Assembly: GCF_001186125.1 (NCBI RefSeq) | Contig: NW_014039682.1 | Location: forward strand, 1-34,763 | Length of the DNA: 34,763 bases | Direction of reading: 5' to 3' | DNA from: Sphaeroforma arctica JP610 | Taxonomy: Eukaryota | Shown: piece by piece, positions 24,130 to 34,763 of the stretch | How positions within the stretch are numbered: the first letter of the stretch is position 1 | Layout of the letters: every line of letters starts with the position of its first letter | Made by a program: the position numbers and the translations under genes | The notes under the pieces: model-generated | What the model saw: only the letters and a program-made list of their open reading frames with translations | What the model was told of the DNA's origin: nothing | Databases searched by the model: none

Positions 24130-25950
24130 TATAAAGGTCTTTCTGAAGAAAAGTTAAATAATATTTAAAAAGACATACTGGATTCTAGAGATTGGCCTCG
24201 GGGGAAAAGCGGTTTCCAGGCCACCAAGTAGTAGTTCATATTAATATTATTTAGTATATAAATTCCTAAATCTATGTCGTGAGTAGGACAAAGATATTTG
24301 ATTCGTATAACCGTATACGCAGGCTATAGTAGAAATCAACCATACCTCTTGAGTTAGCTATTTTTATTCACATACTCAGACTATTAATGCAATCAAAATG
24401 TATCTAATACAACACTTTAAAGCTATTGCAAAAAGAACTTATATTCAGTTCTAAAAGATATAAATTAAAACCAATGTCTTATTTCATTTGAACTTAATTG
24501 AAATAAGATTTTTTGAACTACCACACGGAACCAAAGGTACGACTTTCTCAGAGGAAAACACTCAGAGGCCAACACAGCGGTAAAGCGGCTTTCTACATTA
24601 ACATGATTGAATAGTTATTTTATCAATGCCCAAGGCGGGTTCGCCCATCCTTTGTATATTTTCGGACCATTATTGAATTCGTCAATTTTGAAGGGTGAAT
24701 AGAGGACCTGCAGTCCGGTAGTTGTGCGCTGTGTAACGTCGCAAACATGTTCATTTTATGTTCGCTCTATGTTTTTTGAGCTAGTATGAATAAGCAAAGG
24801 TGTAGCCTCCAATCGGTAGCTAACAACTCTCAACAGCCTTTAAATAGTCTGGTAACATCACCGTCATTTGTTTACCAATATTTGGTATAGTATAGCTAAA
24901 GGGCGTGTCGATTACAGATTGACTCGTCACAGGAACAGACTATGCAGAGATCTTAATTTTTTTGTATGCGACTATATAATCAGCTGTCTAAAAATATTTT
25001 AGATTACCATAGTGTAACTGGAAGTGTCGCTAGATGAGGTACTTCATTTAAAGTCATAAACCCGCAATGGCTGTTGACATTCGTGGAGGCAATCTAATCT
25101 AGAACTTGTTCGACTTTCCTGCACAGGATCTATCTCTATACCATGTCCGAATATCATATATTCTAATGTGATACTTTGTCTATTTCCGACTCACAGTTAC
25201 CTTCATTTATTATGAAGCTGTGTGTATTTAGTCGTGTACGTGACTATATGTGAGTGTTCTTCGCGTGTAACGGTAAAGGTAATCAAGTAATATCATCCCA
25301 GTATACCCTTGCTTGTGGCAATTTGTAAACAGACCCACCTGTAGCCCAAAAGGTGCATCTCTGAACATATACTGGCTACCTTTCTACGTTCTACGCAAAA
25401 GAGAAGTGGGATACTTTCGAAGTATCTTAATTGGGTGATAACCTTTTGCATGGTTTATCTTGGGAATACTTTGGCACCTCCCAAAAAGGGTAACATCTCG
25501 TTTATACGAGATAATCTTAAGTTCTTTGTGGGTAACATCCTGTAATAAATTATGTGAATGACTTGAAACCCCAATAACAAAAATATCCCATGACAAGATC
25601 TGAACTCGCGACTTTTCGGTTTAGTCATTCACTTTATTCATTACAATCCTATTTTAATATGCTTCTTGTCCAAATATACTCGAACTTCCTTTAATTAAAA
25701 GTATCGTCAGAGTTAAGCCAGTCAGCTGTTGAATGTGCCAAATTAGAAGGTGTAGGTTCGTAGTTCAATTCCAACGACTTTTGCAATGGCATAGTCGCCA
25801 CATCAGTATGTGTGTACGACATACAATAGTTCCATTTAGTGTTGTAATTTTGTCACATTGTGATACAACACAACAACGGTGCTAATATAAAAATATGGGA
25901 TAAGCTGAGTGGCTGCGGGTGTAAGTGGAGACAAATACGAGATACGGGAT
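24130..25950 (-). mobile_element. Degraded Ty3/gypsy retroelement (element B): RT - RNase H - adenine methyltransferase - (integrase core deleted) - GPY/F-like - chromodomain
   Basis: Minus-strand translation across stops and frameshifts: TTLNGTI and SWDIFVIG...ELKII...VTLFG (RT-like); KYLI*RHFQL and FSYTI...LPDYL (RNase H end); ELLATDWRLH...MNMFATLHSAQLP (from 24829 down); GWANPPWALI (WANPPW at 24647-24630); KYLCP...LGIYILNN; YYLVAWK (24233-24213)...PEANL. Confidence 0.75.
24590..24829 (-). pseudogene. Dam-like DNA N6-adenine methyltransferase domain remnant of element B
   Basis: ELLATDW...NMFA...QLP...HP followed by KGWANPPWALIK*LFNHV. It aligns by eye with the domain at 30073-30460. Confidence 0.8.
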
Positions 25951-26991
25951 GGTGACTACTATCATCGTCTCTTTAGATACGAAAGATTTAGTTATGTTTA
26001 AAATAGGACTTAGAGTAGGATATATTCCATTCTAGCGCATTCGACCTGTTTGTTCTACAAGAGTATGCTGGCGGTGCCAACTGATCGGTGCTGTTAAGTC
26101 TTAACAGAAATTTTGATGCAACAGCGCAATAATATATGCTACAGACCTAACTACTATCTACTTGCAACATACAGATACATACAACATACATATAGTGTTG
26201 CAGCACAGTTCGGTACCTCTGAGTATGATTTATTGATTTTGAATTCGAGAATGCCGTAGCGGACGGTACAGTGATCTAGGACAGGACAGGACAGTCCAGT
26301 CCTAAGCAACGGACATAGGACAGCCCTAAACCCTAGTCACGAGGACAGCCATGGTCAGACAGTTCACATGTCATCGGAAGGCAAGTCAACCAGGAGACAG
26401 AGACTCCCGGTTAAGATTAGCAAGCTAGCCCTCGGGCTGACTGTTTTGTAAACTGGTTGTAGCAAAGCTAGACCAACTAGCTCAGTTTGCTGACTGTAAA
26501 CAACGTACTACAACTAAGCTCCACTAGGCAACCTAGGGTAAAATCCTAAGAGCCTTCGAACAGTATCATCAATTTACAACACAGCAGTTCATCAATTTAA
26601 TAATTTTTACTGAGTATTCGTAACCCCACAATAGTCAGTGTGTTTTGCGCAGTTTAGTTCTACTTCGGTGGTTCAGTCTCTCCACATCTACTACACATGT
26701 TCTTATTCTTCTCCCTATAGGACAAGGGAAAGTTGTCCAGCGGGTACAACACACACGCATCCTCCCGGATGATGCTCGAGTCGATTTCTCACTTCTGCAA
26801 TTTGATCAAGCTATCCAGATCAAGATGACGATGGAGCTCGGTTTCGGTGCCACGGTAGCCATGATTCAAGGCTACCTTATAGCACCTTATAGTATACTAC
26901 GGTGCTGCCCACTTCTGTCGCCCTGAGAATGTACTCAAGCTCCTCGACCACGAGAAACGCCTAAACACAGCACACTACCGTGACGACCATA

Positions 26992-27732
26992 CCAAGCTGA
27001 TCTACTTGTCTGATTTCGAGAAGAACGGCGTCCTGTCAATCGTATACCGTCTAGTTGAGAAAGCTGGCCCGGTGGTGCAGTACCAGTTTTACCAGTAAGG
27101 TAATATGCACTAGCACTCACCCAGTGACCGTGTCCGACAGCGTCACCGGTCGCTACTCCACAGATCACACACTACTGGTCAATGTTTCAGTTGCTCGTTC
27201 AACAACAGTTCTGCCGTCTTGCCGCCCTGGCTAGGAATCCTAAACGCTTGAAGCTACACTGAACGCACCGACCGCCGCCTCCACGAGTACGCAACATCAA
27301 GATACTACTGACTGAGGATGTGAACGATACCGTAGGCTCAAGAGCCACACCCTAATCAAGATCGTGGCCTATACAACTGTCACTCCAGTACCCATAGCAG
27401 CACATCATCCCAAGCTGATCTACTTGTCTGATTTCGTGAAGAACAGCGTCCTGTCAATCGTATCCCGTCATACCGTCTAGTGGAGAAAACTAACCCAGTA
27501 GTGCAGTACCAGTTTTACCAGCAAGGTAATAAACACCAGCACTCACCCAGTGACCGTGTCCGACAGCGTCACCGGTCGCTACGATATAGATCACACACTA
27601 CAGGTCAATGTTTCAGTTGCTCGTTCAACAACAGATCTGCCGTCTTGCCGCCCTGGCGAGGAACCCTAAACCCTTGAAGCTACACTGAACGCTCCGACCG
27701 CCGCCTCCACGAGTACGCAACATCAAGGTACT
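26992..27732 (+). repeat. Tandem duplication inside element C (copy 1 26992-27404; copy 2 27410-27732, continuing at 29230-29481)
   Basis: ccaagctgatctacttgtctgatttcg...gagtacgcaacatcaag occurs twice, and 27318-27404 matches 29395-29481. Confidence 0.9.
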
Positions 27733-29225
27733 CATGTGGATACTTATAAACAAAATTTTGACAATTGGATACGTTTTAAAATATGTATTTAGAGAGCAAA
27801 GCATTGCCCGGACAGACATGAGCAATGCGTCATCGTATTCAGCGTAAAAAATTGGATCAGGATCATAATGGACAAACACCGAAAACATTAGTGACGGTTG
27901 GTAACAGGAAGTGGGCTTAAAATAGCCCCAATACCACATTTTACGGTTGCTAGTTAGATATGATTTTCAAACACACATATAATCGCTTCTAATGCACTTT
28001 AAACTTAGTGGTTTCGTGCACAGTGATCCTTAAGAGTATATTTTTATGTCAGTATATGGTTTTTTTAAGAAAGAACTAATAAATACAATGTATAGTATCG
28101 TAAAAAAATTCGAGATCACTAGATGTTGATTCAATTTGTCGTGTGTGCAACAAATGTTTTTCACGCCATCAGATGGCGCTGTTTTTAGGTTATAGAAGAA
28201 TTTAATATGAGAAACGTAGTGCACATCACACATAGGATACCAAGGTGAACAACTACAGTATGAGCGACGCTGATTGGAACAGCCAGCGGCTTTGCAGACC
28301 CTCTTTCGGTACATTGTTGTACCAGGTTTCACCTTGATCCATTGATTCGATTCATTTAACACTCCAGTTGTTCCGACTGGTCATTGCATCGGCCTGTGAT
28401 CATTCAAAGGTACTGCTGTGCGAGTTGTAACACCCTCTCCATGACAGTACAGCTATTTCACTTCAAGCTGCACCTCCCTGTGAGCTTCATGCATACTTCT
28501 GGGCTTCTGTTTGAATATATGTTGGTGTGCTAGTACAGCATTGGCCACGTATCCACTACGTAATGATACATTCTGGTCGACCATTTCTTCGTCTTGATCC
28601 CTGTTTCAAGACACACGGATCCACCCCTAACTTGATTATTTAAATCGACCGCATTCCGTCCCTTATGGTGATAGTGACTTACTGTAGGAGGATATCGAAA
28701 AGTGGTTTTAGTAACGATAGATCTGCTTGCCCTTTCGTTTTGATGTGCCATATTTGGCTGCAAAAAATCCTGTGTATAGCTGATCTTTGTGGTCGTACGA
28801 ATCCCTTTCTGTGTATCGTAATCGAACAATGGCTTGGAGGCCATGTGCTCTTTAAGTGCATCGCCTGGCACACCTTTCGGCCAATACTTCCTCTTCTTGA
28901 TTACAAACATTTCAAAAAGACCAACCAACAGCAGCTCATAAAGTAGCTACAGGATACAAAACCCCGAATGGGACTATCTTGATTTGACATAAAAAAACCC
29001 CATTATTTGTTCCAAACGCGAAAATACCTCAAAAATCGGCCAATTTTTAAGGTATTTTGGTGTTTGGACCGGAAATATGGGAAATAACGTAAATAAATCA
29101 GTAGCTTCGCACCCCGAATCCATGACAATAACACGGCTTGTATGCTGTATAGATTCAGATAGCCGCATAACAAGAACCCGTCTTGCCAAACTCGTCATAG
29201 CGCTATGGTGATGGATGTGGAGTAC
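27733..29225 (-). mobile_element. 5'-truncated piggyBac-like (DDE_Tnp_1_7 / PGBD-type) transposase pseudogene inserted in element C
   Basis: EFGKTG/LVMRL...RVIVMDSG|FCIL...IKKRKYWPKGVPGD...RNAVDLNNQVR...KTKKWSTRMY, and a C-terminal Cys-rich domain CKAAGC...SYCSC...MCDVH. Contains stops and frameshifts. No intact TIR or TTAA pair seen. Confidence 0.82.
28970..29110. mobile_element. 141-bp insertion with 9-bp TSD (Mutator-like MITE candidate) inside the transposase
   Basis: ACCCCGAAT at 28961-28969 and 29111-29119. Removing the insert plus one repeat restores VMDSGFCIL. TIRs are only weakly similar. Confidence 0.78.
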
Positions 29226-29664
29226 GTACTTTACCCTCGACTAAATCAAGAGCAAAGACGACATATAATTTGCAGCACGCTATAGTTTAAAATTCATTAC
29301 CAAAAGACCACGGTTTACGTGGACAGCGGAGACATACTTTCGTCGACACAGCACTTCCAACTAGGCGAGAAGACTCGTTGCATATTCCTGGAGAATGTGA
29401 ACGATACCGTAGGCTCAAGAGCCACACCCTAATCAAGATCGTGGCCGACACAACTGTCACTCCAGTACCCATCGCAGCACACGTAGTGGAACGCATGAAT
29501 ACCGTAACCCGCAGTACCCAGAGCTCAAGCTACACCACTCATCCACCGATGCCAAGCGAATTCGAATATTCTGGCACGAGTACGGCATTGAAATTGAAGA
29601 AATCGAACCTCGGTCCAAAACAGTGGTTCAACAAGCCCCAGTAGTCCAGCCACCACAAGATGGA

Positions 29665-30027
29665 GTACCCTTCATGGTGACTACAGACGCATCCAACATG
29701 GCGTCGGGAGGTATTCTGTATCGAATGATTGACAGGAAACCGAGATACGTGCAGTACTTTAGCAGAGCTATGAACTCGTCACAAAACAATTTTCCGACTA
29801 TGCAGCAAGAGCTATTAGCTATTGTGACCGTACTCACTCGTTTTAAGGATTACTTATACGGTACACATTTTAATGTACTGTGTGATCAGAAATTGTTGCA
29901 ATATTTAAAAGATATGAAACCAAATTCACAATTGGTCAGTCAATGGCACGATACGATCGCAAAGTTTTCTTTTAGTATTACACATATACCGGGTATACAC
30001 AATCACTTACCGGATATACTGTCACGC
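29665..30027 (+). pseudogene. Ty3/gypsy-type RNase H domain of element C
   Basis: PFMVTTDAS...GGILY...YFSRAM...QELLAIV...YLYGTHFNVLCDQK...QW...ITHIPGIHNHLPDILSR. Confidence 0.93.
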
Positions 30028-30072
30028 TTCGTACCGGATTTCAACAAGGTGGTTCGGGAATTGCTAGCTACG

Positions 30073-30460
30073 GATTGGAAGGCCAATCCTAGGTGGTTTA
30101 AAATTGCAGACAACATACATGGACCACATTCCATCGATATTTTTTTTGCAGCACATCACAATGCACATATGCCGCTATACCGTACTCTGGAACACCCAGA
30201 CGGTGATGGGTTTTAAATCGATTTATCCGATGAGAACGCATGAGCGAATCGACCGTGGTTGTTGATACCACAGTTGCTAAATTATGTTCATTTACAAGAT
30301 GCTACCATCACTCATTCAGATAAATGGCCACCACAGTTGATATCGATGATACAATGTGAGCCCATATATGTGGATAGAGAGGTAGATACTGTCCTCTACC
30401 AGGGTACCCGTGCAGTCCAGAAGACTCCTTGGCGACATACGATAATATGTCGAATAGGTC
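30073..30460 (+). pseudogene. Dam-like (DIRS-MT / phage Dam family) DNA N6-adenine methyltransferase domain of element C
   Basis: DWKANPRWF...HGPHSIDIFFAAHHNAHMPLY...DGF*IDLSDENA*ANRPWLLIPQLL. Motif I-like DxFA and motif IV N(R)PW (30247-30258). Same frame as RNase H and integrase, with two in-frame stops. Confidence 0.82.
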
Positions 30461-30894
30461 GAGTTGGTACAACCAAATGGACACCATTCGTCACCTTCAA
30501 ACATAAAGTCGACGAATCCAAGATTCCACTCTTGACACCTAAGTTTCAACGAGAGGCTGGGGCGACACACGCACCTGCAGTATGCGTTACTTAGGTACAA
30601 GCTGATCATAAGGATGCAAAGAGGAACTCATCACTATCGAAGGCATTTTACAAAAAGATATGTCCTGATAAAGAAACTACATACGAAGCCGAGACTAGGC
30701 TACTCAAACAGTTCATGAATAACTATCCAGATGTATACGACCATGTATCTCAACCAATGAACAAAGAGAACAATAGTAGAATTCACACGGCCGATCTTTC
30801 AGGCGAGATTGGACGAGGCGAGTTTTCGAGTCCGGGTGATGAAGTAGTAGAATCCTCACTTCCAGATTTTGATATAGCAAGATCAACGGAGGGT

Positions 30895-31560
30895 GACATT
30901 CTAAAGTGGTTAAGGCAGAATCATGCACTTGAACACATGGATAAGGTTAGGACTGAGAAAGATTGCAAGAGGTACGGGATTGTACACCCAAAGCTCAAGC
31001 AATATATATCTCAGGTGTATCACGAATTTAACGATTGCGAAGTTAACCGGATCAAGCGCTATGAATATGCCCCATTGCGGAGTGTATCAGAAAACGAGCC
31101 ATGTCGCAGGGCTATCATTGATTTGGTTGAGCTACCCACGTCCGAACACATGAAAGATAAATATGTCTGCCACGTTTTTGATGTCGCTTCAAGATATAAT
31201 GTATTATATCCTTTGAAAGACAAATCAACACAAACGGTGGCTGAGTGCATTTATAAGTGTTTCGTAGATTTCGGCTGGCCAGCTTTAGTACGTACCGATA
31301 ACGGTAGTGAGTTTACAGGAGACGTCATGACGACGCTGTTACTCGTTCCGGGATCATGCCACAAAATGGGTGTACCTTATAAGCCTCAGACACAAGGTGC
31401 AAATGAAGTGCGACACAGAAAGATAAAGGAGTTCATGCGTGGAGCGTTGCTAGACGATGCTGACTTGTAGCCATACTTAATTAACTGGGTACAGACACAC
31501 ATGAACGAGACACCGGATTCAGTCACTGGTACAACACCCGCCCACTATTTCAGGGGCCGT
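30895..31560 (+). pseudogene. Retroviral-type DDE integrase (HHCC remnant plus rve core)
   Basis: HALEH...FNDC. IIDLVE (D at 31120), RTDNGSEF (D at 31297), PYKPQTQGANE (E at 31405), giving D-x35-E. TGTTP motif. In-frame stop at 31468-31470. Confidence 0.93.
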
Positions 31561-31719
31561 TATAGTGGATTAGAAATACCTTTCAACAAGGATTCTCAAG
31601 ATCATGTGTTACTATGGTTAGAGAAGATGCGTCGTACCTTTCCTTGTTTGAGAGAGATGAAGGACATCGCACTCAAGAAGAGACAAAGCGATGGAATGAT
31701 TCAAAAATAAATAAATAGT

Positions 31720-32206
31720 CGAGTTTGAGGTAGGCGATATAGTCAACATTATGGCTCGCAACTCCGATACAACTGTGCTTACGGCTAAATACATTAGATC
31801 ATTCAAGATTTCAGTAGCCGATAAGAAGAGCGGAATTTACGAAGTCAACAATGTTGACGGGTCAAGTGCTCTTAATATCGGATCCCATCGAATTCCAACG
31901 ACGAAAATCATCCTTCGTCGCACACGTGAAGCTACTACACCTTGTATGTTTTATGAGTTTAAGAAAATTCTGGGGAAATACAAACATGAGGATATCACTT
32001 ACTACACTACGGAGTTTGCAGATGGCGTACAATACGATCTACCTCCATCGTCATTCGATGATCTTGATGTATTGAAAGCTTTTAATAAGAAGTTTCGTAA
32101 GCGTCTACATAAGAACAAGGTAGACACCGACGCGATCTTACTTACAAACAATCGTCCGGAAGTAGTCAAGTTTTATCCCCAGACATCATTCATTCCAAGT
32201 TCCTAA
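31720..32206 (+). pseudogene. Integrase C-terminus: GPY/F-SH3-like module plus chromodomain-like domain (~31949-32095)
   Basis: FEVGDIVNI...AKYIRSF...GIYEV, then FYEFKKILG...YYTTEFADG...LPPSSFDDLDVLKAF. Confidence 0.65.
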
Positions 32207-32597
32207 GAACATGGAATGTATGTACCTCCGAAAGGCACTAAGAACCGTTCCATTCACCATCGGGGACCTTAAGGACCTAAACCCGAACGTAATAGAATAA
32301 CCAGGTAACTTATAAAGTCTAAGTATACTTTGTCTAAGAGAGTATAATATGAGCATTGAGGCCATTTTATATGATCGAAACCCGTTTCTTCTTTTCGCTT
32401 GTACAATTCATGTGAGATATTTGAGTCTATGTGCTTCAAAACACATATAAGCCAACATTGGAATTTTCAAGCTGGAAGGGGGGGGGGGGGGGGGGGGGGT
32501 GCGGTGTAAAATCAGCGGGTTCCTATCGTAGAAGCACATGTTAACGTATATTATAAATGTAANNNNNNNNNNNNNNNNNNNNGGGGGGGGGGGGGGT

Positions 32598-32777
32598 TGT
32601 GGCGGTGTAAAATCAGCGGGTTCCTATCGTAGAAGCACATGTTAACGTATATTATAAATGTAATAACGTTTATACGCTATTGCGGCTATGAAAACTGGTA
32701 TACGTTGAAACGCAATTGTAGATAATTGTATCTGTATAATAATCAAATAATCTAATTAAAGGTATATTGAATTTACA
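32598..32777 (+). repeat. Putative 3' LTR (180 bp, TG...CA) of element C, preceded by a poly-G polypurine tract
   Basis: G-run, then TGTGGCGGTGTAAAATC...ATTGAATTTACA. No second full LTR in the window to confirm the right end. Confidence 0.6.
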
Positions 32778-33910
32778 GAAAACAAACAAACAAATAATCT
32801 AATTGGGATATTGGGAACTACAATTGTATACTACAGAGGCCTGAGACCCTATTGATATTGATATGATGGTTTTTCTACACTGAAGTGTTTTCCATCAGAA
32901 TATTGGGATACAACACTGAGTGAGTCTCAGGTGATATTGACACTTGAAACATGTTGTAGTACCAAATGCACTCAGCGCGAGGTAGCCTGTGGTACCCGAC
33001 GCCTTTGTGTGGAAGCGAGTGAGTCTTGCGACCACCGAGCTGTCTTACTGCCATCGTATGCGAGCCCTTGTCGTGCCTCACTGCCTCTAACAGTCCCAGA
33101 GTAATGAGGACAGCGAGCGTCGGATCGTACCACACTGTTGGCTGCATGCGCCGCGACAGATGCACCAACCGTCCATAATCATCGCGGTGGAACCATTTGT
33201 AACGTCTTTCATAAACACTGCTACAACAGCCAAGTACCTGCTTATAAGTTCTCCGAAGGAGCTTCCCACACCATCCACACATCTTCGTTGACACATGCCT
33301 CGACCCATGTTGACGACGACGACGACGATCTAACGAGACTCCCCTCAATCGCACCGTCTCCGACCCGACCGCTGTTGCCGTCAACACTAACACTACTGAC
33401 GACCTCCTACCTCCTGCGCGACCTCTGCCCAACGCTGCCAACCTTAAGCTCACACTCGGCGCACAACCAGCACCCGCAAATTTCAAAGCCCTCCAGAAAA
33501 AAAAAAGAAAAAAAGGAAAAAAAAGTAGGAGGAATGTGTCAAATAGGTGACACAAAAACACTACAAGAGCAAGAGAATCAGAAAAGAGATAAATAAATAC
33601 ATATTTAGAGTAAATATCTGACTATCCGTCGTGATGAACTGATTTTTTGATGACATATTTATAACATGTATTTACACAATTTATGATGTGCTGGATATAC
33701 ATAGTAGTGCCTTGTGGATAACAGACATTACGGTAGTATGCATGCACGTATGTTGTGCATACGAGCGCTGGATAAGGACTTACTGTAGTGTCGTACCGTG
33801 CAAAGATGAATTAGACAATCGTTCAGATAAAAAAATCCACAAGCACACCACACATAGTAGCGTACAAAGTTAGAAATTAATTCGTATCCGGGAATCATCA
33901 TTCTTGCGCC

Positions 33911-34189
33911 ATGAATTCACAAGAGCGAGCCCTGCTAGCTGCAGCCAGGGCTGAACGAGCTGCCTCTGCGAAGACACGGTTCACCAAATTAAATACGTCG
34001 CATAAAAATTTACAGCCAACGCCCAGTGTGTCTACTGAGAATGCATCTAATACCGAACAGATGGATGGCAAGAGGTTGCCGAGTGTCGTTGCTAATAGTA
34101 GTGCTACTAAGAATGCGAACAAGCTGAGGAGAAACGAAACAGTCAGTGCGCAACCGTCCGAGTTCATTGCTGATAATATCCTCACTCTG
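33911..34189 (+). CDS. Probable first exon (93 codons) of an uncharacterised gene continuing to the right
   Basis: GCCATG start, hydrophilic protein-like sequence MNSQERALLAAARAERAAS..., ending at the donor CTG|GTATGC. No recognisable domain. Confidence 0.55.
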
Positions 34190-34677
34190 GTATGCTGTGT
34201 TGGGACGATGCTTCATTTGGTGATTATATCTGGTGTGGTTTGTGATGCGATTGTTGTGTGTAAACTGCATGCTTTCATTTACCAATAAATTCGATGTGGT
34301 ATACTTGCCAGTGTTTATATCGAGAAAACTGTGACGAATTGAGTACATGTAATAGATTGCTCCTTCTGAGGGATGATACCTGAAAGAACAGTGATCGTTC
34401 GCGGATAAGTAGAGCGATATACAAGTGCACACAGCCACAAAACATATTATATATCTCTCGGTTTCTCCGATAGAGTCCAATTAATGGTGAATAGGCTGTT
34501 TTGCATACTTTCATATGCTCAGTAAAGCATAGCTATGCTACATTACATGTGCACAAACAGTTGCACATATATTGTTAACGAAGATACAAGTGTCTAATCC
34601 ACTCGTTCTCTTCTTGTAAACAAGTTGTACCCTCGCTCATGTACAGAGTGATCGAATATATTTGAACACTCAGTATT

Positions 34678-34695
34678 ACACACACACACACATGC

Positions 34696-34763
<68 letters not shown>
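34678..34763. repeat. (CA)n microsatellite
   Basis: Read directly at the window end. Confidence 0.95.

Larger units (their letters stand above)
26250..32777 (+). mobile_element. Rearranged Ty3/gypsy chromovirus-like LTR retrotransposon (element C): gag remnant - protease - (RT deleted) - RNase H - adenine methyltransferase - integrase - chromodomain - PPT - 3' LTR
   Basis: GQCFSC knuckle-like remnant (27603). Protease VYVDSG/HTFVD (29313-29345). RNase H, MTase and integrase share one frame. Poly-G PPT followed by a TG...CA LTR. The 5' boundary and 5' LTR were not identified. Confidence 0.88.

Noticed and set aside
25700..25790. tRNA-like GGTTCG/GTTCAATTCC motifs
   Set aside because: No cloverleaf can be built, and the region reads as an RT remnant on the minus strand.
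26252..26268. TGCCGTAGCGGACGG as the primer-binding site of element C
   Set aside because: It only loosely matches a tRNA 3' end, and no copy of the 3' LTR lies upstream.
28970..29112. The 141-bp insert as an introner-like spliceable element (GTGCGA...GATAG on the minus strand)
   Set aside because: Splicing at those sites leaves the transposase out of frame.
29623..32206. DIRS element, suggested by the RNase H plus MT arrangement
   Set aside because: No tyrosine recombinase is present. The RNase H is Ty3-type, and a DDE integrase, chromo-like domain, PPT and LTR follow.
32474..32642. Apparent tandem duplication of the PPT and LTR start
   Set aside because: The copies flank a 20-N gap next to a long G run, typical of unmerged overlapping contigs, so this is probably an assembly artefact.

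Overview
This is AT-rich, intron-containing eukaryotic DNA with (TA)n/(TG)n-rich introns and three N gaps. The style suggests a unicellular opisthokont such as an ichthyosporean, but that is inference only. I assembled three multi-exon genes by hand with consistent GT-AG phases: a Zn-dependent CAD/Ahr-like alcohol dehydrogenase (+, 8 exons), an ankyrin-repeat plus GATA zinc-finger protein (-, 6 exons, one apparent homopolymer frameshift), and a C2 plus PLAC8 protein (+, 8 exons). A probable first exon of a fourth gene lies near the right end. The first 4 kb holds MITE-like elements with TIRs and TSDs. Positions ~21-32.8 kb are a nested cluster of decayed transposons. The main finding is two divergent, oppositely oriented Ty3/gypsy-type retroelements with chromodomain-like ends. 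Each carries a phage-Dam/DIRS-like DNA N6-adenine methyltransferase domain (DW...DxFA...N...WANPPW) directly after RNase H, and in the better-preserved copy it sits in frame before a DDE integrase. That copy is interrupted by a piggyBac-like transposase fragment, which itself holds a 141-bp insertion with a 9-bp TSD.
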